Positions 8,102 through 17,316 are shown, numbered from the stretch's first letter. The stretch: 64,000 nucleotides of DNA from Candidatus Omnitrophota bacterium (GCA_043812955.1 JBDRLN010000040.1:685-64684); one strand, 5' to 3'. The notes: a model not told the origin generated them from the letters alone. Made by a program: numbers and translations.

Positions 8102-8852
8102 TTAGATTTTCCCTTCTTATACGTCTATTAATATTAGAAGGGAGGATTTTATGGCTAGAAGACCGCGTTTATTTGTATCTGGTATACCCTACCACGTTGT
8201 TCAGCGAGGCAATAATAAAATTCCTATTTTTTTATCTGATCAGGATTACCGTTTCTTTTTAGATGTACTTCAAGAAGCCAAATCTAAACACCCATGTTTT
8301 ATTTATAGTTATTGTCTGATGCCTAACCATTTTCATTTACTTATTGAACCCAAGGAAGAAAATAATGTCAGTCTATTAATAAAGTTATTGGGAGCTAAAT
8401 ATGTGAGATATATCAATAAAAACTATGAACGTTCAGGCACTCTATGGGAAGGCCGCTTCAAATGCTCATTGATTGATAAGGAGTTATATTTTTTAACCGT
8501 TCTTCGTTATATTGAAATGAATCCGGTAAGGGCTGGCATAGTTAATTCTCCGGAGTTGTATCGGTGGTCGAGTTATCGGGTCAGGGCAATTGGTGAAAGA
8601 AGTTTTATTGTAGATATGGATCCTTGGTATGATAACCTAGGTTCTAATACAGAAGAACGTCAAAATAAATATCGGCAATTCTTCCAAAATTTAATACCTG
8701 ATCCCGCTTTGCACCTTCTAAGAGAAATGACAAATAAGAATGGTATCGTAGGCAGTATAAATTTTAAATCACGGATTGAACAATCTATTCATAAAGAAAT
8801 TGTTATAAGGTCAGCTGGTAGGCCAAAGAACGAAAAATAATTCTGACCCCAT
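8082..8852 (+). mobile_element. REP-associated tyrosine transposase (RAYT) flanked by the two halves of a REP palindrome
   Basis: GGGGTCAGAATTATTTTT at 8082-8099 and AAAAATAATTCTGACCCCA at 8834-8852 are reverse complements. The same palindrome occurs uninterrupted at 13897-13938 and 44418-44474. Confidence 0.8.
8151..8840 (+). CDS. rayT: IS200/IS605-like Y1 transposase of the RAYT type (Transposase_17)
   Basis: HUH motif NHFHLLIEP and catalytic Tyr region YVRYINKNYERSGTLWEGRF. 229 aa. The stop codon lies inside the right REP half. Confidence 0.85.
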   Translation: MARRPRLFVSGIPYHVVQRGNNKIPIFLSDQDYRFFLDVLQEAKSKHPCFIYSYCLMPNHFHLLIEPKEENNVSLLIKLLGAKYVRYINKNYERSGTLWEGRFKCSLIDKELYFLTVLRYIEMNPVRAGIVNSPELYRWSSYRVRAIGERSFIVDMDPWYDNLGSNTEERQNKYRQFFQNLIPDPALHLLREMTNKNGIVGSINFKSRIEQSIHKEIVIRSAGRPKNEK

Positions 8853-8857
8853 TAAGG

Positions 8858-9028
8858 ATGGGTGTTTTGATTGAAGGCATGATTAAGGGTAGCCTTAAGT
8901 TTTGGCAGGGCTATACCGATAATTACCTTAAGGTCAGGATTGAGTCTAATAAGGATATCCACAATTGTATTTTAGCGGTTAAGTTAAAAGATATAGAGCG
9001 GGATTATTTCATAGGTCAGAGGAAATAG
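8858..9028 (+). pseudogene. Diverged duplicate of the mtaB 3' end (C-terminal TRAM-region fragment)
   Basis: Translates MGVLIEGMIKGSLKFWQGYTDNYLKVRIESNKDIHNCILAVKLKDIERDYFIGQRK, about 65% identical to MtaB residues MDVLIEGMVKGSQGLWQGHTDNYLKV...LVKLKDIKRD. About 70% nt identity to 7908-8060. Confidence 0.6.
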
Positions 9029-9083
9029 GGGACGTCTCTATTTTCCTTAAATCCGAGGGGGCGAGAAAATAGAAACGTCCCCT
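9028..9083. repeat. Palindromic element GGGGACGTCTCTATTTTCC ... GAAAATAGAAACGTCCCC (family copy 1)
   Basis: Perfect 19-bp arms. The same family occurs at 13788-13842. Confidence 0.6.
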
Positions 9084-9090
9084 ATTAATA

Positions 9091-9127
9091 AAAAAACCCT
9101 GATGTATTTCGCATCAGGGTTTTTTTA
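9091..9127. terminator. Bidirectional rho-independent terminator shared by the convergent genes
   Basis: An A-run, then the stem CCCTGATG..CATCAGGG, then a T-run. It sits between the + strand unit and the - strand SBP gene. Confidence 0.75.
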
Positions 9128-9143
9128 TTAGAAAATACTTTGA

Positions 9144-10106
9144 TTATTCGATGATCTCCTTGGCAATTGACAGGACTGGTCCGGGAATTTTTATTCCCGC
9201 TGCTATAGCTGATTTTTTATTAATGGTTATATCGTATGACTTTAATAGCTCAATCGGAATATCCGATGGGCTCTTGCCGTTTAAGATCTGGATTGCTTTT
9301 TTAGCGGCTAATTGTCCGAGCATATAGGAGCTAGAGGATACGCATAACAGGACTCCTTTTTTTGCCCGATCAGCCATGTGCGCGGCAGTCAAAAGCTTAT
9401 TATTATTTGCTACAGTTGTGATATCTGTAAGCGCCTTGGAAACTGTTGTGCCGCCGGTTACAAATATAGCATCAACTTTTCCGACCAGGGAATTAGTTAC
9501 GGAAACAGTATCTTCTACTTTAGCCAGATTTACCGGCACAACGGTGATTTTGCTGGTTTCCTGGATTTTCTTGAATGCCTCTAATTGTTGCACTGTATTA
9601 TCTTCTGTTTCAGTGTAGATAACGCCAATCCGGGCAACCTTAACTATTTTTCTCATAGCGTTGACAATTGCAGCCATGTCTACCATGGTAGAGGTGCCGG
9701 TGTTATTATTTCCTGACGATTCCCAACTCTTGGCAATCTTGGAGCTGATCGGGTCAAATACCAGGCTAAACACAATAGGTATATTTTTTTCTGCTTTAGC
9801 CGTAGCTATGGCTGCGACGGTTCCTACCGGAATAATAACATTTACCTTATTAGCCGAGAATTCGTTAACAATTGCCGTAATTTTTTCCTTATCATTCTCG
9901 CCATTTTTAAGGGTGAAGTCTACCTTGTCTTTTCCATATCCGGATTTTTCAAATTGATCAACACTGCCTTTTTGGGCTTCCAGGTAATGCGCGGCATCCG
10001 AAGTGATAACTATTCCGATCTTGATCTTTTCCTGGGCCAGCCCGATAGAACCAAGGCCAAGGCATATTGCTAAGACAATAACTACAACTATTCCTTGCTT
10101 AAACAT
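9144..10106 (-). CDS. Orphan ABC-type substrate-binding protein (ABC_sub_bind / COG2984-like) with a signal peptide
   Basis: Signal peptide MFKQGIVVVIVLAICLGLGSIGLA. The overall periplasmic-binding fold resembles PF04392 proteins. There is no adjacent permease or ATPase. Confidence 0.7.
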   Translation of the reverse strand: MFKQGIVVVIVLAICLGLGSIGLAQEKIKIGIVITSDAAHYLEAQKGSVDQFEKSGYGKDKVDFTLKNGENDKEKITAIVNEFSANKVNVIIPVGTVAAIATAKAEKNIPIVFSLVFDPISSKIAKSWESSGNNNTGTSTMVDMAAIVNAMRKIVKVARIGVIYTETEDNTVQQLEAFKKIQETSKITVVPVNLAKVEDTVSVTNSLVGKVDAIFVTGGTTVSKALTDITTVANNNKLLTAAHMADRAKKGVLLCVSSSSYMLGQLAAKKAIQILNGKSPSDIPIELLKSYDITINKKSAIAAGIKIPGPVLSIAKEIIE

Positions 10107-10201
10107 GTCTACCTCCCTTTTATAATATGGTTTCTTTCAACCTATTGTATTATAGTAAAAATAAAAAAATATGTCAAGGATTTTCGGGAATTTATATTTT
10201 A

Positions 10202-10231
10202 TTGACAATCCCGAGTTTTTAGGAGTAAAAT
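10202..10231 (+). promoter_or_regulatory. Sigma-70-like promoter: TTGACA, 18-nt spacer, TAAAAT
   Basis: Upstream of the first Cache-paralog gene. Confidence 0.5.
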
Positions 10232-10380
10232 AGATACCAATACGAAAAGGATTCTAGATTTAAAAAAAATAAAATCTACGATCAGGTTTTTTGTCAGAAG
10301 ATTTTTTTGTTTAAAACACTATTTTTACCGTTTGCCTGACGGTAAGTCAGGGCAGGTAAGATTAATAAAAAGGTTTAAAA

Positions 10381-10986
10381 ATGAAAAAGTTTATGCCGGT
10401 GAATTTCGCAGTTGCCGGTGTTTTAGTTCTAACCGCAGTTTTAGGCATAAGTTATGCCCAGAAAAATGAATTTATTCCTGCGGAGCAGGTTTTATTTGAG
10501 CAAATAGTAGTTACAGCACAGTCCTGGGGAAAAGACCCTAAAATAGTTTCTTTTGTCAAAGCTAAGAACGCCTCCGGAGAAACCTTAGACCAGGCAAAAG
10601 AGCAAGATAAGGCCTGGATCAGTACCCCCGGAATAGACGTATTTATGAAAAGTATATTGGAGAATGGTTGTTCCAAGTATCTGCGGGAGCTGAGAAAGAC
10701 AGCGCAGGTTATCGGAGAATTTTATGTGATGGATTTAAACGGGGCCTTGGTCGGCGCAACTAATAAAATCGCTGATTATTGGCAGGGAGATGAGGATATG
10801 CATATTAAGACTTGTCAGGTTGGAGGGGCAGGCGCGACCTTTATTGATATAATAAAATTCGATCAAAGTTCTCAAAAATTTCGCCGGCAGATAAGTGTCC
10901 CGGTTATAGACCTTGCCACCGGCAATGCTATCGGCGCGATAACCGTGGGTGTTGACCTGGATAAATTAACCAAACTTTCTAAATAA
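10381..10986 (+). CDS. Secreted single-Cache (PDC-fold) domain protein, paralog 1
   Basis: Signal peptide ending SYA-QK and a Cache-like C-terminus ...RQISVPVIDLATGNAIGAITVGVDLDKL. 201 aa. Confidence 0.6.
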   Translation: MKKFMPVNFAVAGVLVLTAVLGISYAQKNEFIPAEQVLFEQIVVTAQSWGKDPKIVSFVKAKNASGETLDQAKEQDKAWISTPGIDVFMKSILENGCSKYLRELRKTAQVIGEFYVMDLNGALVGATNKIADYWQGDEDMHIKTCQVGGAGATFIDIIKFDQSSQKFRRQISVPVIDLATGNAIGAITVGVDLDKLTKLSK

Positions 10987-11016
10987 ATGTTTGCATAAAA
11001 AAATGTGTGTTTCTTA

Positions 11017-11044
11017 TTGACAAATCAGCGAGCAGTAGTAAAAT
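11017..11044 (+). promoter_or_regulatory. Sigma-70-like promoter: TTGACA, 16-nt spacer, TAAAAT
   Basis: Upstream of the second Cache-paralog gene. Its architecture mirrors the promoter at 10202. Confidence 0.5.
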
Positions 11045-11094
11045 AATAAAACAGTAAGTGGAATGTAGGTCGCGAAAAAAAGGAGACGTAAGAA

Positions 11095-11703
11095 ATGAAT
11101 AAATATAGGGCATTGGGGTTAGTGTTAGGTTGTGTTTTGGTTTTAACCGTGGTGTTAGGCGTAGGTTACGCTCAGCAAAAAAAAGAACTTACTCCTGCAG
11201 AACAAGCATTATTTGATAAAACAGTGGCTATAGTGCAGAACTGGGGAAAAGATCCTAAAATAGTTGCTTTTGTCAAAGCTAAGAATGCCTCCGGAGAGAC
11301 CTTAGGTCAGGTAAAAGAGCAAGATAAAATATGGATCGCTACTCCTGGACTGAGCGCATTCATGAAAAGCATATTAGAAAATGATTGCTCCAAGTATCTA
11401 CTCGAACTAAGAAAGTTGACTCCGGCGGTTGGAGAATTTTTTCTTATGGATTTAAACGGGGCCTTGGTCGGCGAAACTAATAAAACCTCTGATTATTGGC
11501 AGGGCGATGAAGATAAGCATATTAAGACCTGCCAGATTGGCGGGCAAGGTGCAACTTTTATTGATAAAATCAAATATGATGAAAGCTCTCTAAAATTTAG
11601 CCGGCAGGTAAGCGTTCCGGTTATAGACCCTGATACCGGCAACGCTATCGGCGCGATAACCGTGGGTGTTGACCTGGATAAATTAATCAAACTTTCTAAA
11701 TAA
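11095..11703 (+). CDS. Secreted single-Cache (PDC-fold) domain protein, paralog 2 (tandem duplicate)
   Basis: About 65% aa identity to the 10381 product. Signal peptide ending GYA-QQ. 202 aa. Confidence 0.6.
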   Translation: MNKYRALGLVLGCVLVLTVVLGVGYAQQKKELTPAEQALFDKTVAIVQNWGKDPKIVAFVKAKNASGETLGQVKEQDKIWIATPGLSAFMKSILENDCSKYLLELRKLTPAVGEFFLMDLNGALVGETNKTSDYWQGDEDKHIKTCQIGGQGATFIDKIKYDESSLKFSRQVSVPVIDPDTGNAIGAITVGVDLDKLIKLSK

Positions 11704-11726
11704 GGGTTTAATCAATAGACATTAAG

Positions 11727-13784
11727 TTGAGGAGGATGGCAATGGCAGGAGAAACAGCCAAAGTTAAGATGGCAGAGAGTTTGCGTTTTAGGTTGATACT
11801 TTATTTTATTTTAATTACTTTTATCCCTTTAGTTGTTTTGAGCGTCATTGCCTACAATATTACCAAGTCTAGGCTGCAAACTCAGATTGCTGGTTCTCTG
11901 GAAGTTGTGGCTAAGGAAACATTAGACAAGGTGGACCGTTTTGTCTATCAGCAGATATCCGATGTTAAATCTTGGAGTAAAAATCCGATTTTAAAAGGGG
12001 CTCTTTTTTTCGGCACCGCGGATATGGTAGATACATTGTTCAATAATACCCTTGATTCTTTTAGGGAATATGATTCGCTGGCCCTATTTGACCGTAACGG
12101 AGATGAGGTTATATCTAAGGGCGAGAGTGTGTTATATGAAAAAGGCCAGAATCAATCTCGGGCAGACTGGTTTGAGGGCGCTACAAGGGCTAATTTTTAT
12201 ATTACCGAGGTGACTAAAAATGGAAATAAAATTCATGTAGGGATATCTTCTGCAGTTGTGGATAGCGAGACTGGGGAGACCAGCGGAGTGCTGTTTGCAG
12301 AGTTTAATTTTTTGACTATCAATGAAATCATTGCTCCGGTTCAGGTAACGGCAAATATTAAAGACCAGGGTATCAGCATCATTAATAATGAAGGGCTGAT
12401 TATATTTGATTTGGATAAAGGTGCCATATTTAACAAGAATTTGATTAAGGAGGATTATATAAGTGCCAAGCAAGTCCTCTCAACCAAGGGTAGCGGCTAT
12501 GTAGTTGATCTTGATACGGGCCGGCTTACCGGGTATGCTTACAGCAAGGGTTATAAGGATTTCAAAGGTGGGATGTGGAGCCTTTTATTGGGGGTTCAAA
12601 ATAAGACTATCCTGGCCCCGGTATTGCGCTTGCGCCAGTTATTTGTGACGATTATTCTTATAACGCTGGTTATTGTTACTATTATCTCTATATTTATCAG
12701 CCGCAGGATTACTAATCCGATTAGTATTGTTACGAACGCTATTCTGGATATTGCGGAGAGGGAGGCGGATTTAACCCATAAAATTGATTATACTTCTAAA
12801 GATGAAATAGGGATGTTGGTAATGGCCTTTAATAAAATCATAGATTCAATTTATATTTTGATTAAGCAGGTTAAAAATACTGCCAACACGGTAGTTGCTT
12901 CTACTCAAACTATGTCTGCAACCACCCAGGAGATGAATGCCTCTACCCAGGAAGTATCATCGGCGATTTTACAGGTAAGTAAGGGCGCTACTTCCCAGGC
13001 AGATCATTTGTCCAGAACTTTTGATATTATAGAAAAGTCAGCGGCAAGCCTGCGCCAGGTAGTGGATAATGCCCAATTAGCTAACCAGACCTCAGATAAG
13101 ACCAGCTTGGGAGCTGAAGAGGCCTATGTTGCTGCTCAAGAAGCAGTGGAGAAGATTGAGACCTTGAATAGTTCGGTTAAGGTAGCTGCCGATGTTATCC
13201 AGGAATTAGGTGAAACATCTAAACAAATAGGCGTGATTACCGATACAATTACTTCTATTGCTGACCAGATTAATCTGTTGGCTTTAAATGCCGCTATTGA
13301 GGCTGCTCGGGCTGGCGAGGCTGGCCGGGGTTTTGCTGTTGTTGCCGAAGAGGTGCGTAAGTTAGCTGAGGGGTCTGCTGAAGCAGTGCGTAAAATCAGC
13401 GGGTATATCCGCTCGATCCAGAACGGAACCAATAAGGCAGTCAGCGCTATATTGTCAAGCTCGGAGGCAGTTAAGGAAGGCAAGGCCCGGGTAGTTAAGA
13501 TCGCCCTGACCCTGCGCGATATCAATACATCTATTAAAGAGGGCGCTGGTTTAATCAGCCAGATCGCGGCCTCCGGAACTGACCGTGTATTAGAGACCGA
13601 GAAGATAGTTAAGGCAATTAATGAGGTAGCTGATATTGCCAAACAGTCTGCCGCAACTGCCGAACAGGTATCTTCGACCAGCGAAGAGCAAACCGCGTCT
13701 ATGCAGGAAGTGTCTGCCTCTTCTCAGGAGCTTGCCCGTTTGGCAATGGATTTAAGGGAGGTAGTTAATAGGTTTAAGATTTAA
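11727..13784 (+). CDS. Methyl-accepting chemotaxis protein with a periplasmic double Cache-like sensor, HAMP and MCP signalling domain
   Basis: TM1, a roughly 250-aa periplasmic region, TM2, then HAMP. The highly conserved MCP signalling hairpin [32 protein letters not shown] is present. Confidence 0.9.
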   Translation: MRRMAMAGETAKVKMAESLRFRLILYFILITFIPLVVLSVIAYNITKSRLQTQIAGSLEVVAKETLDKVDRFVYQQISDVKSWSKNPILKGALFFGTADMVDTLFNNTLDSFREYDSLALFDRNGDEVISKGESVLYEKGQNQSRADWFEGATRANFYITEVTKNGNKIHVGISSAVVDSETGETSGVLFAEFNFLTINEIIAPVQVTANIKDQGISIINNEGLIIFDLDKGAIFNKNLIKEDYISAKQVLSTKGSGYVVDLDTGRLTGYAYSKGYKDFKGGMWSLLLGVQNKTILAPVLRLRQLFVTIILITLVIVTIISIFISRRITNPISIVTNAILDIAEREADLTHKIDYTSKDEIGMLVMAFNKIIDSIYILIKQVKNTANTVVASTQTMSATTQEMNASTQEVSSAILQVSKGATSQADHLSRTFDIIEKSAASLRQVVDNAQLANQTSDKTSLGAEEAYVAAQEAVEKIETLNSSVKVAADVIQELGETSKQIGVITDTITSIADQINLLALNAAIEAARAGEAGRGFAVVAEEVRKLAEGSAEAVRKISGYIRSIQNGTNKAVSAILSSSEAVKEGKARVVKIALTLRDINTSIKEGAGLISQIAASGTDRVLETEKIVKAINEVADIAKQSAATAEQVSSTSEEQTASMQEVSASSQELARLAMDLREVVNRFKI

Positions 13785-13787
13785 AAA

Positions 13788-13842
13788 AGGGGACGTTTCT
13801 ATTTTTTCGTTTGGGCAAATCTAAAAAATAGAAACGTCCCCT
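13788..13842. terminator. Palindromic element / bidirectional terminator (GGGGACGTTTCTATTTTTT ... AAAAAATAGAAACGTCCCC)
   Basis: 19-bp arms flanked by an A-run and a T-run. Same family as 9028-9083. Confidence 0.6.
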
Positions 13843-13896
13843 TTTTAGTTTCTGATTGACACCTGCCTAAAACAGTGGTATATTACACAACACTAT

Positions 13897-13938
13897 TGGG
13901 GTCAGAATTATTTTTTCTAAAATATAATTCTGACCCCA
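13897..13938. repeat. Intact REP palindrome of the RAYT-associated family
   Basis: GGGGTCAGAATTATTTTTT, a 9-nt loop, then AATTCTGACCCC. Confidence 0.75.
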
Positions 13939-13966
13939 TTTTAAGACAGGAAAGGAGATGATATTA

Positions 13967-14134
13967 GTGCCGGAGATCGAGATTAAAAAAGGTGAGTCTT
14001 TTGAAGGGGCAATGCGCCGTTTTAAGAGAAAGATCGAAGAGGAGGGGATCTTAAGGGAAGTAAGAGACCGCAAACATTATGAAAAGCCCAGCGAGCGGAA
14101 AAGAAAGAAAGCGAAGCAAAGCAAGAGAAGATAA
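13967..14134 (+). CDS. rpsU: 30S ribosomal protein S21 (GTG start, missed by the ORF track)
   Basis: [67 protein letters not shown] lies 6 nt upstream of GTG. Stop TAA at 14132-14134. Confidence 0.85.
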   Translation: MPEIEIKKGESFEGAMRRFKRKIEEEGILREVRDRKHYEKPSERKRKKAKQSKRR

Positions 14135-14378
14135 TGGGTTGCGCTCTTTCTACTTCCAGGAACGCCTTTCGGTATTCCCGTGGTTTAAGATTAATTCAGG
14201 AGATAAAATCCTTAGGCCTTGATTGGGTAGAATCTAGTTTTAACCTTACCTGTTCAATGTTTGAGGAGATCGAAGATTTAGTTTAAAAAAAGATTTATAC
14301 AAGCTGCCAGTCTGCACAACTTTTGCCCTATGCTGCGGGGCGTAGAAAGAGAAAAGGCCCTTCCCGATTATTCTTGGT

Positions 14379-15212
14379 TTGACTCGATATATGGAAAAGA
14401 ACAAGATAAGAAAAGCTGTAGTCGCCGGGCAATTTTACCCTTCTTCAAAAGAAAATATTATAAGTCAGATAGAAGGCTGTGTTGGTAAACAGGCGGGTGT
14501 ATCCAATTGTTTGGCCTGTATGCTTCCTCATGCCGGGTATATGTATTCCGGAAGGGTAGCTATGGAAACAATCTCCCGGATAAAAATCAGAAGAAAGATT
14601 ATACTCTTAGGGCCTAATCATAGAGGATATGGCCCGCAGTTCAGCTTGATGGGGGAGGGGATTTGGGAAACCCCATTAGGCGGGATTAAGATTAATACTG
14701 ATTTAGCTAAAGATTTACTTCAGTCTTCAAAATACTTTAAAGATGATTATCTGGCCCATACTTATGAGCATTCTTTAGAAGTAGAGTTGCCGATATTGCA
14801 ATATTATAATCCTGATTTTGAAATTGTCCCGGTTACAATACTATCTCAGGATAAAGCTGCTTTAAAAGAGGCGGGCCGGGAGATCGCAGATGCCGTTAAA
14901 ACTTCTGATAACCGGCAAGAGATAATGTTAATAGCCAGTTCTGATATGACTCATTATGAGCCTCAAAAAGAAGCAGAATATAAAGATAAAGAAGCTATAC
15001 AGGCTATCTTAGATTTAGATGAAGACAGGCTTTACGATTTAGTAAAAAAGATGAATATTACAATGTGCGGCCTTGGTCCGGTGATAACTATGCTTAGCGC
15101 TGTTAAATTGTTAGGGGCGAAATCTGCCAAATTAATCCGGTATGAAACCAGCGGCCAAGCCAGCGGGGACTATGAAAACGTGGTGGGTTACGCCGGGATA
15201 ATAATATTTTAA
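14379..15212 (+). CDS. Memo-like protein (AmmeMemoRadiSam protein B family), second paralog
   Basis: MLPHAGYMYSGRVA motif, and the overall Memo fold is conserved (LGPNHRG...HSLEVELP). Confidence 0.8.
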   Translation: MTRYMEKNKIRKAVVAGQFYPSSKENIISQIEGCVGKQAGVSNCLACMLPHAGYMYSGRVAMETISRIKIRRKIILLGPNHRGYGPQFSLMGEGIWETPLGGIKINTDLAKDLLQSSKYFKDDYLAHTYEHSLEVELPILQYYNPDFEIVPVTILSQDKAALKEAGREIADAVKTSDNRQEIMLIASSDMTHYEPQKEAEYKDKEAIQAILDLDEDRLYDLVKKMNITMCGLGPVITMLSAVKLLGAKSAKLIRYETSGQASGDYENVVGYAGIIIF

Positions 15213-15224
15213 AGGAAGACATAT

Positions 15225-15572
15225 ATGGATGAGAAAGAAAAGAGCATTGATGAGAGTTGGAAAGAGACTGTTGCCAAGGAAAAAAAATCATTAAAGGATG
15301 GCGAGGGTTTTATTCCTCCTGAGCCGGATTTTTCTTTTTTTATCACTACCTTATCCCTGCAAGCATCTATTGCCCTGGGAAAGATACCTAACCCCGGGAC
15401 TAATCAAAAGGAAGATAATCCTGAGCAGGCAAAATTCATTATTGATACCTTGGCTATGTTAAAGGAGAAGACCAAAGGGAATTTAAATAAGGAAGAAGAT
15501 GGGCTATTAGATAACCTGCTTTATGAACTAAGGATGGAGTATGTTTCCTTGTCGAAAGAGAGGCCAAAATGA
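15225..15572 (+). CDS. DUF1844 domain protein
   Basis: FFITTLSLQASIALGKIPNPGTNQKEDNPEQAKFIIDTLAMLKEKTKGNL matches the DUF1844 signature, recalled from memory. Confidence 0.65.
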   Translation: MDEKEKSIDESWKETVAKEKKSLKDGEGFIPPEPDFSFFITTLSLQASIALGKIPNPGTNQKEDNPEQAKFIIDTLAMLKEKTKGNLNKEEDGLLDNLLYELRMEYVSLSKERPK

Positions 15573-15721
15573 TTGATAAAGAGCTTTTGGATATCCTGGC
15601 TTGCCCGGCTTGTAAAGGGGATGTGGAGTTAAAAGAAGAAAAAATAGTTTGTATCAAGTGCGCTAAGAGATACCCTATTAAAGACGGTATCCCGGTAATG
15701 TTGATTGACGAAGCCGAATAG
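15569..15721 (+). CDS. Trm112-like (UPF0434) small zinc-ribbon protein, under 60 aa and absent from the ORF track
   Basis: MIDKELLDILACPACKGDVELKEEKIVCIKCAKRYPIKDGIPVMLIDEAE. The ATG overlaps the previous stop (ATGA). Confidence 0.65.
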   Translation: MIDKELLDILACPACKGDVELKEEKIVCIKCAKRYPIKDGIPVMLIDEAE

Positions 15722-15778
15722 TTTCGGTGTTCGGGTTTCGGCCATAGGCCGCTAACAGCTAACAGCTAACTAAACCAT

Positions 15779-16210
15779 ATGAAAAGAATACTCGTAATAC
15801 ATGGGCCTAATCTAAACCTGCTTGGCCAGAGAGAACCGGCAATCTACGGCCGGGTGACCTTAAAAAGCATAAATCAGGCTCTAAAGAAAATAGCCGGGAA
15901 AAAGAAAGTTAGTTTGATTATTTTCCAGTCTAACCATGAAGGCGAAATAGTCGATAAAATCGCTGAGGCCGAAAATAAATATCAGGGGATATTAATAAAT
16001 CCCGCCGCCTATACCCATACCAGCGTAGCGATCAGGGACGCACTCAGCGCTTGCAGTAAACCGGCTGTTGAGGTCCATCTATCCAATATTTATTCCCGGG
16101 AAGAATTCCGGCAGAAATCATTAGTCAGTCCTGTAGTCAGAGGGACGATTATGGGATTTGGCAAGGATAGCTATCTGTTGGGATTAGAGGCCCTTTTGGA
16201 TATAATATAA
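15779..16210 (+). CDS. aroQ: Type II 3-dehydroquinate dehydratase
   Basis: [24 protein letters not shown] ... HLSNIYSRE. Confidence 0.9.
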   Translation: MKRILVIHGPNLNLLGQREPAIYGRVTLKSINQALKKIAGKKKVSLIIFQSNHEGEIVDKIAEAENKYQGILINPAAYTHTSVAIRDALSACSKPAVEVHLSNIYSREEFRQKSLVSPVVRGTIMGFGKDSYLLGLEALLDII

Positions 16211-16230
16211 TTAATCAAAAAACTTAATTA

Positions 16231-16261
16231 GGTATAGGTAAAGGTATAGGTAGAGGTAGAG
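16231..16261. repeat. GGTATAGGTAAAGGTATAGGTAGAGGTAGAG microsatellite-like repeat, intergenic copy
   Basis: Same GGTARAGGTA unit as the mtaB in-frame repeat. Confidence 0.7.
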
Positions 16262-16281
16262 ATTTATTCAATAGGCAGAGT

Positions 16282-17316
16282 ATGAATAGCAAGCTAAAAG
16301 ATATTTATCGGAAATTAGATCAAGAAGGTCTGGACGCCTTGTTGGTTATTTCTGCGGCCAATATCTCTTATCTGGCTGGTTTTCCAGCTCAGGATGCTTA
16401 TCTTTTGATTTCAGTAAAGAAGAATATCTATTTTACTGATAGCCGATATCTTAACTCAGCCGCAAAGAATTTATTGGGTTGCGGCCTTAAAGAGATTAAT
16501 ACCGATGCCTTTGACAGGATTATTAATACTTGCGCTAAGTTGGGATTAAAAAAGGTGGGATTTGAAAAAGATTATTTGACTTTCACGAGATACCAGGAAT
16601 TGAGGGGAGGGCCAGGGATAGAACTGACCCCGGTTTGCGGTTTTGTAGAGGAATTAAGGCAGGTAAAGGATGCGGAAGAGTTAAGGAAAATCCGTATTGC
16701 CGCTGACCTAGCCAGAAAAGCCTTAAAATATATTAAAGATATTATAGTTCCCGGCAAAAGGGAGATCGAAGTGGCCGGGGAATTAGAGCGTATCTTGCGT
16801 TATGCGGGGGCTTCTAAATCCTCTTTTGATATAATAGTAGCTTCAGGCCCTAATTCCAGTTTTCCGCATTATATTACTGGCAAGAGAAAGATCCGGGATA
16901 ATGAGCCGGTGTTAGTGGATGTTGGGGCAGATTATCTGGGGTATAAATCCGACTTGACAAGGGTTTTCATCTCAGGTAAAATAGACACTCTTTACAGGAA
17001 GATACAGGAAATAGTTTTCAAAGCCCGGGATCTGGCTATTCAGCAGATAAGGCCGGGTAAGAAGGCTCAAGATATTGATTCTGCTAGCCGTTCTTATATA
17101 GCTAAAAAAGGGTTTGGGAAGTATTTTGTCCATAGTTTAGGCCATGGCCTAGGTTTAGAGGTTCATGAGGGGCCGCGCTTATCCCCAAAAAATGGGAATG
17201 TTCTGAAGGCCGGAATGGTATTGACGGTTGAGCCGGCTATATATATACCGGGAAAATTCGGGTCAAGAGTAGAAGATATGGTTATAGTTACCAGGAATGG
17301 ATGCGAGGTGCTTTAG
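16282..17316 (+). CDS. pepP: Xaa-Pro aminopeptidase / M24 family metallopeptidase
   Basis: Creatinase-like N-terminus and M24 fold with HSLGHGLGLEVHE metal ligands. Confidence 0.85.
   Translation: MNSKLKDIYRKLDQEGLDALLVISAANISYLAGFPAQDAYLLISVKKNIYFTDSRYLNSAAKNLLGCGLKEINTDAFDRIINTCAKLGLKKVGFEKDYLTFTRYQELRGGPGIELTPVCGFVEELRQVKDAEELRKIRIAADLARKALKYIKDIIVPGKREIEVAGELERILRYAGASKSSFDIIVASGPNSSFPHYITGKRKIRDNEPVLVDVGADYLGYKSDLTRVFISGKIDTLYRKIQEIVFKARDLAIQQIRPGKKAQDIDSASRSYIAKKGFGKYFVHSLGHGLGLEVHEGPRLSPKNGNVLKAGMVLTVEPAIYIPGKFGSRVEDMVIVTRNGCEVL

Noticed and set aside
13867-14073. Minus-strand 68-aa ORF
   Set aside because: It overlaps the REP palindrome and the clearly conserved rpsU on the opposite strand.
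14134-14301. 56-codon ORF starting at the ATG that overlaps the rpsU stop
   Set aside because: There is no RBS since the upstream region is rpsU coding. The composition is odd, I recognise no similarity, and the region more likely holds the promoter and leader of the downstream Memo gene.
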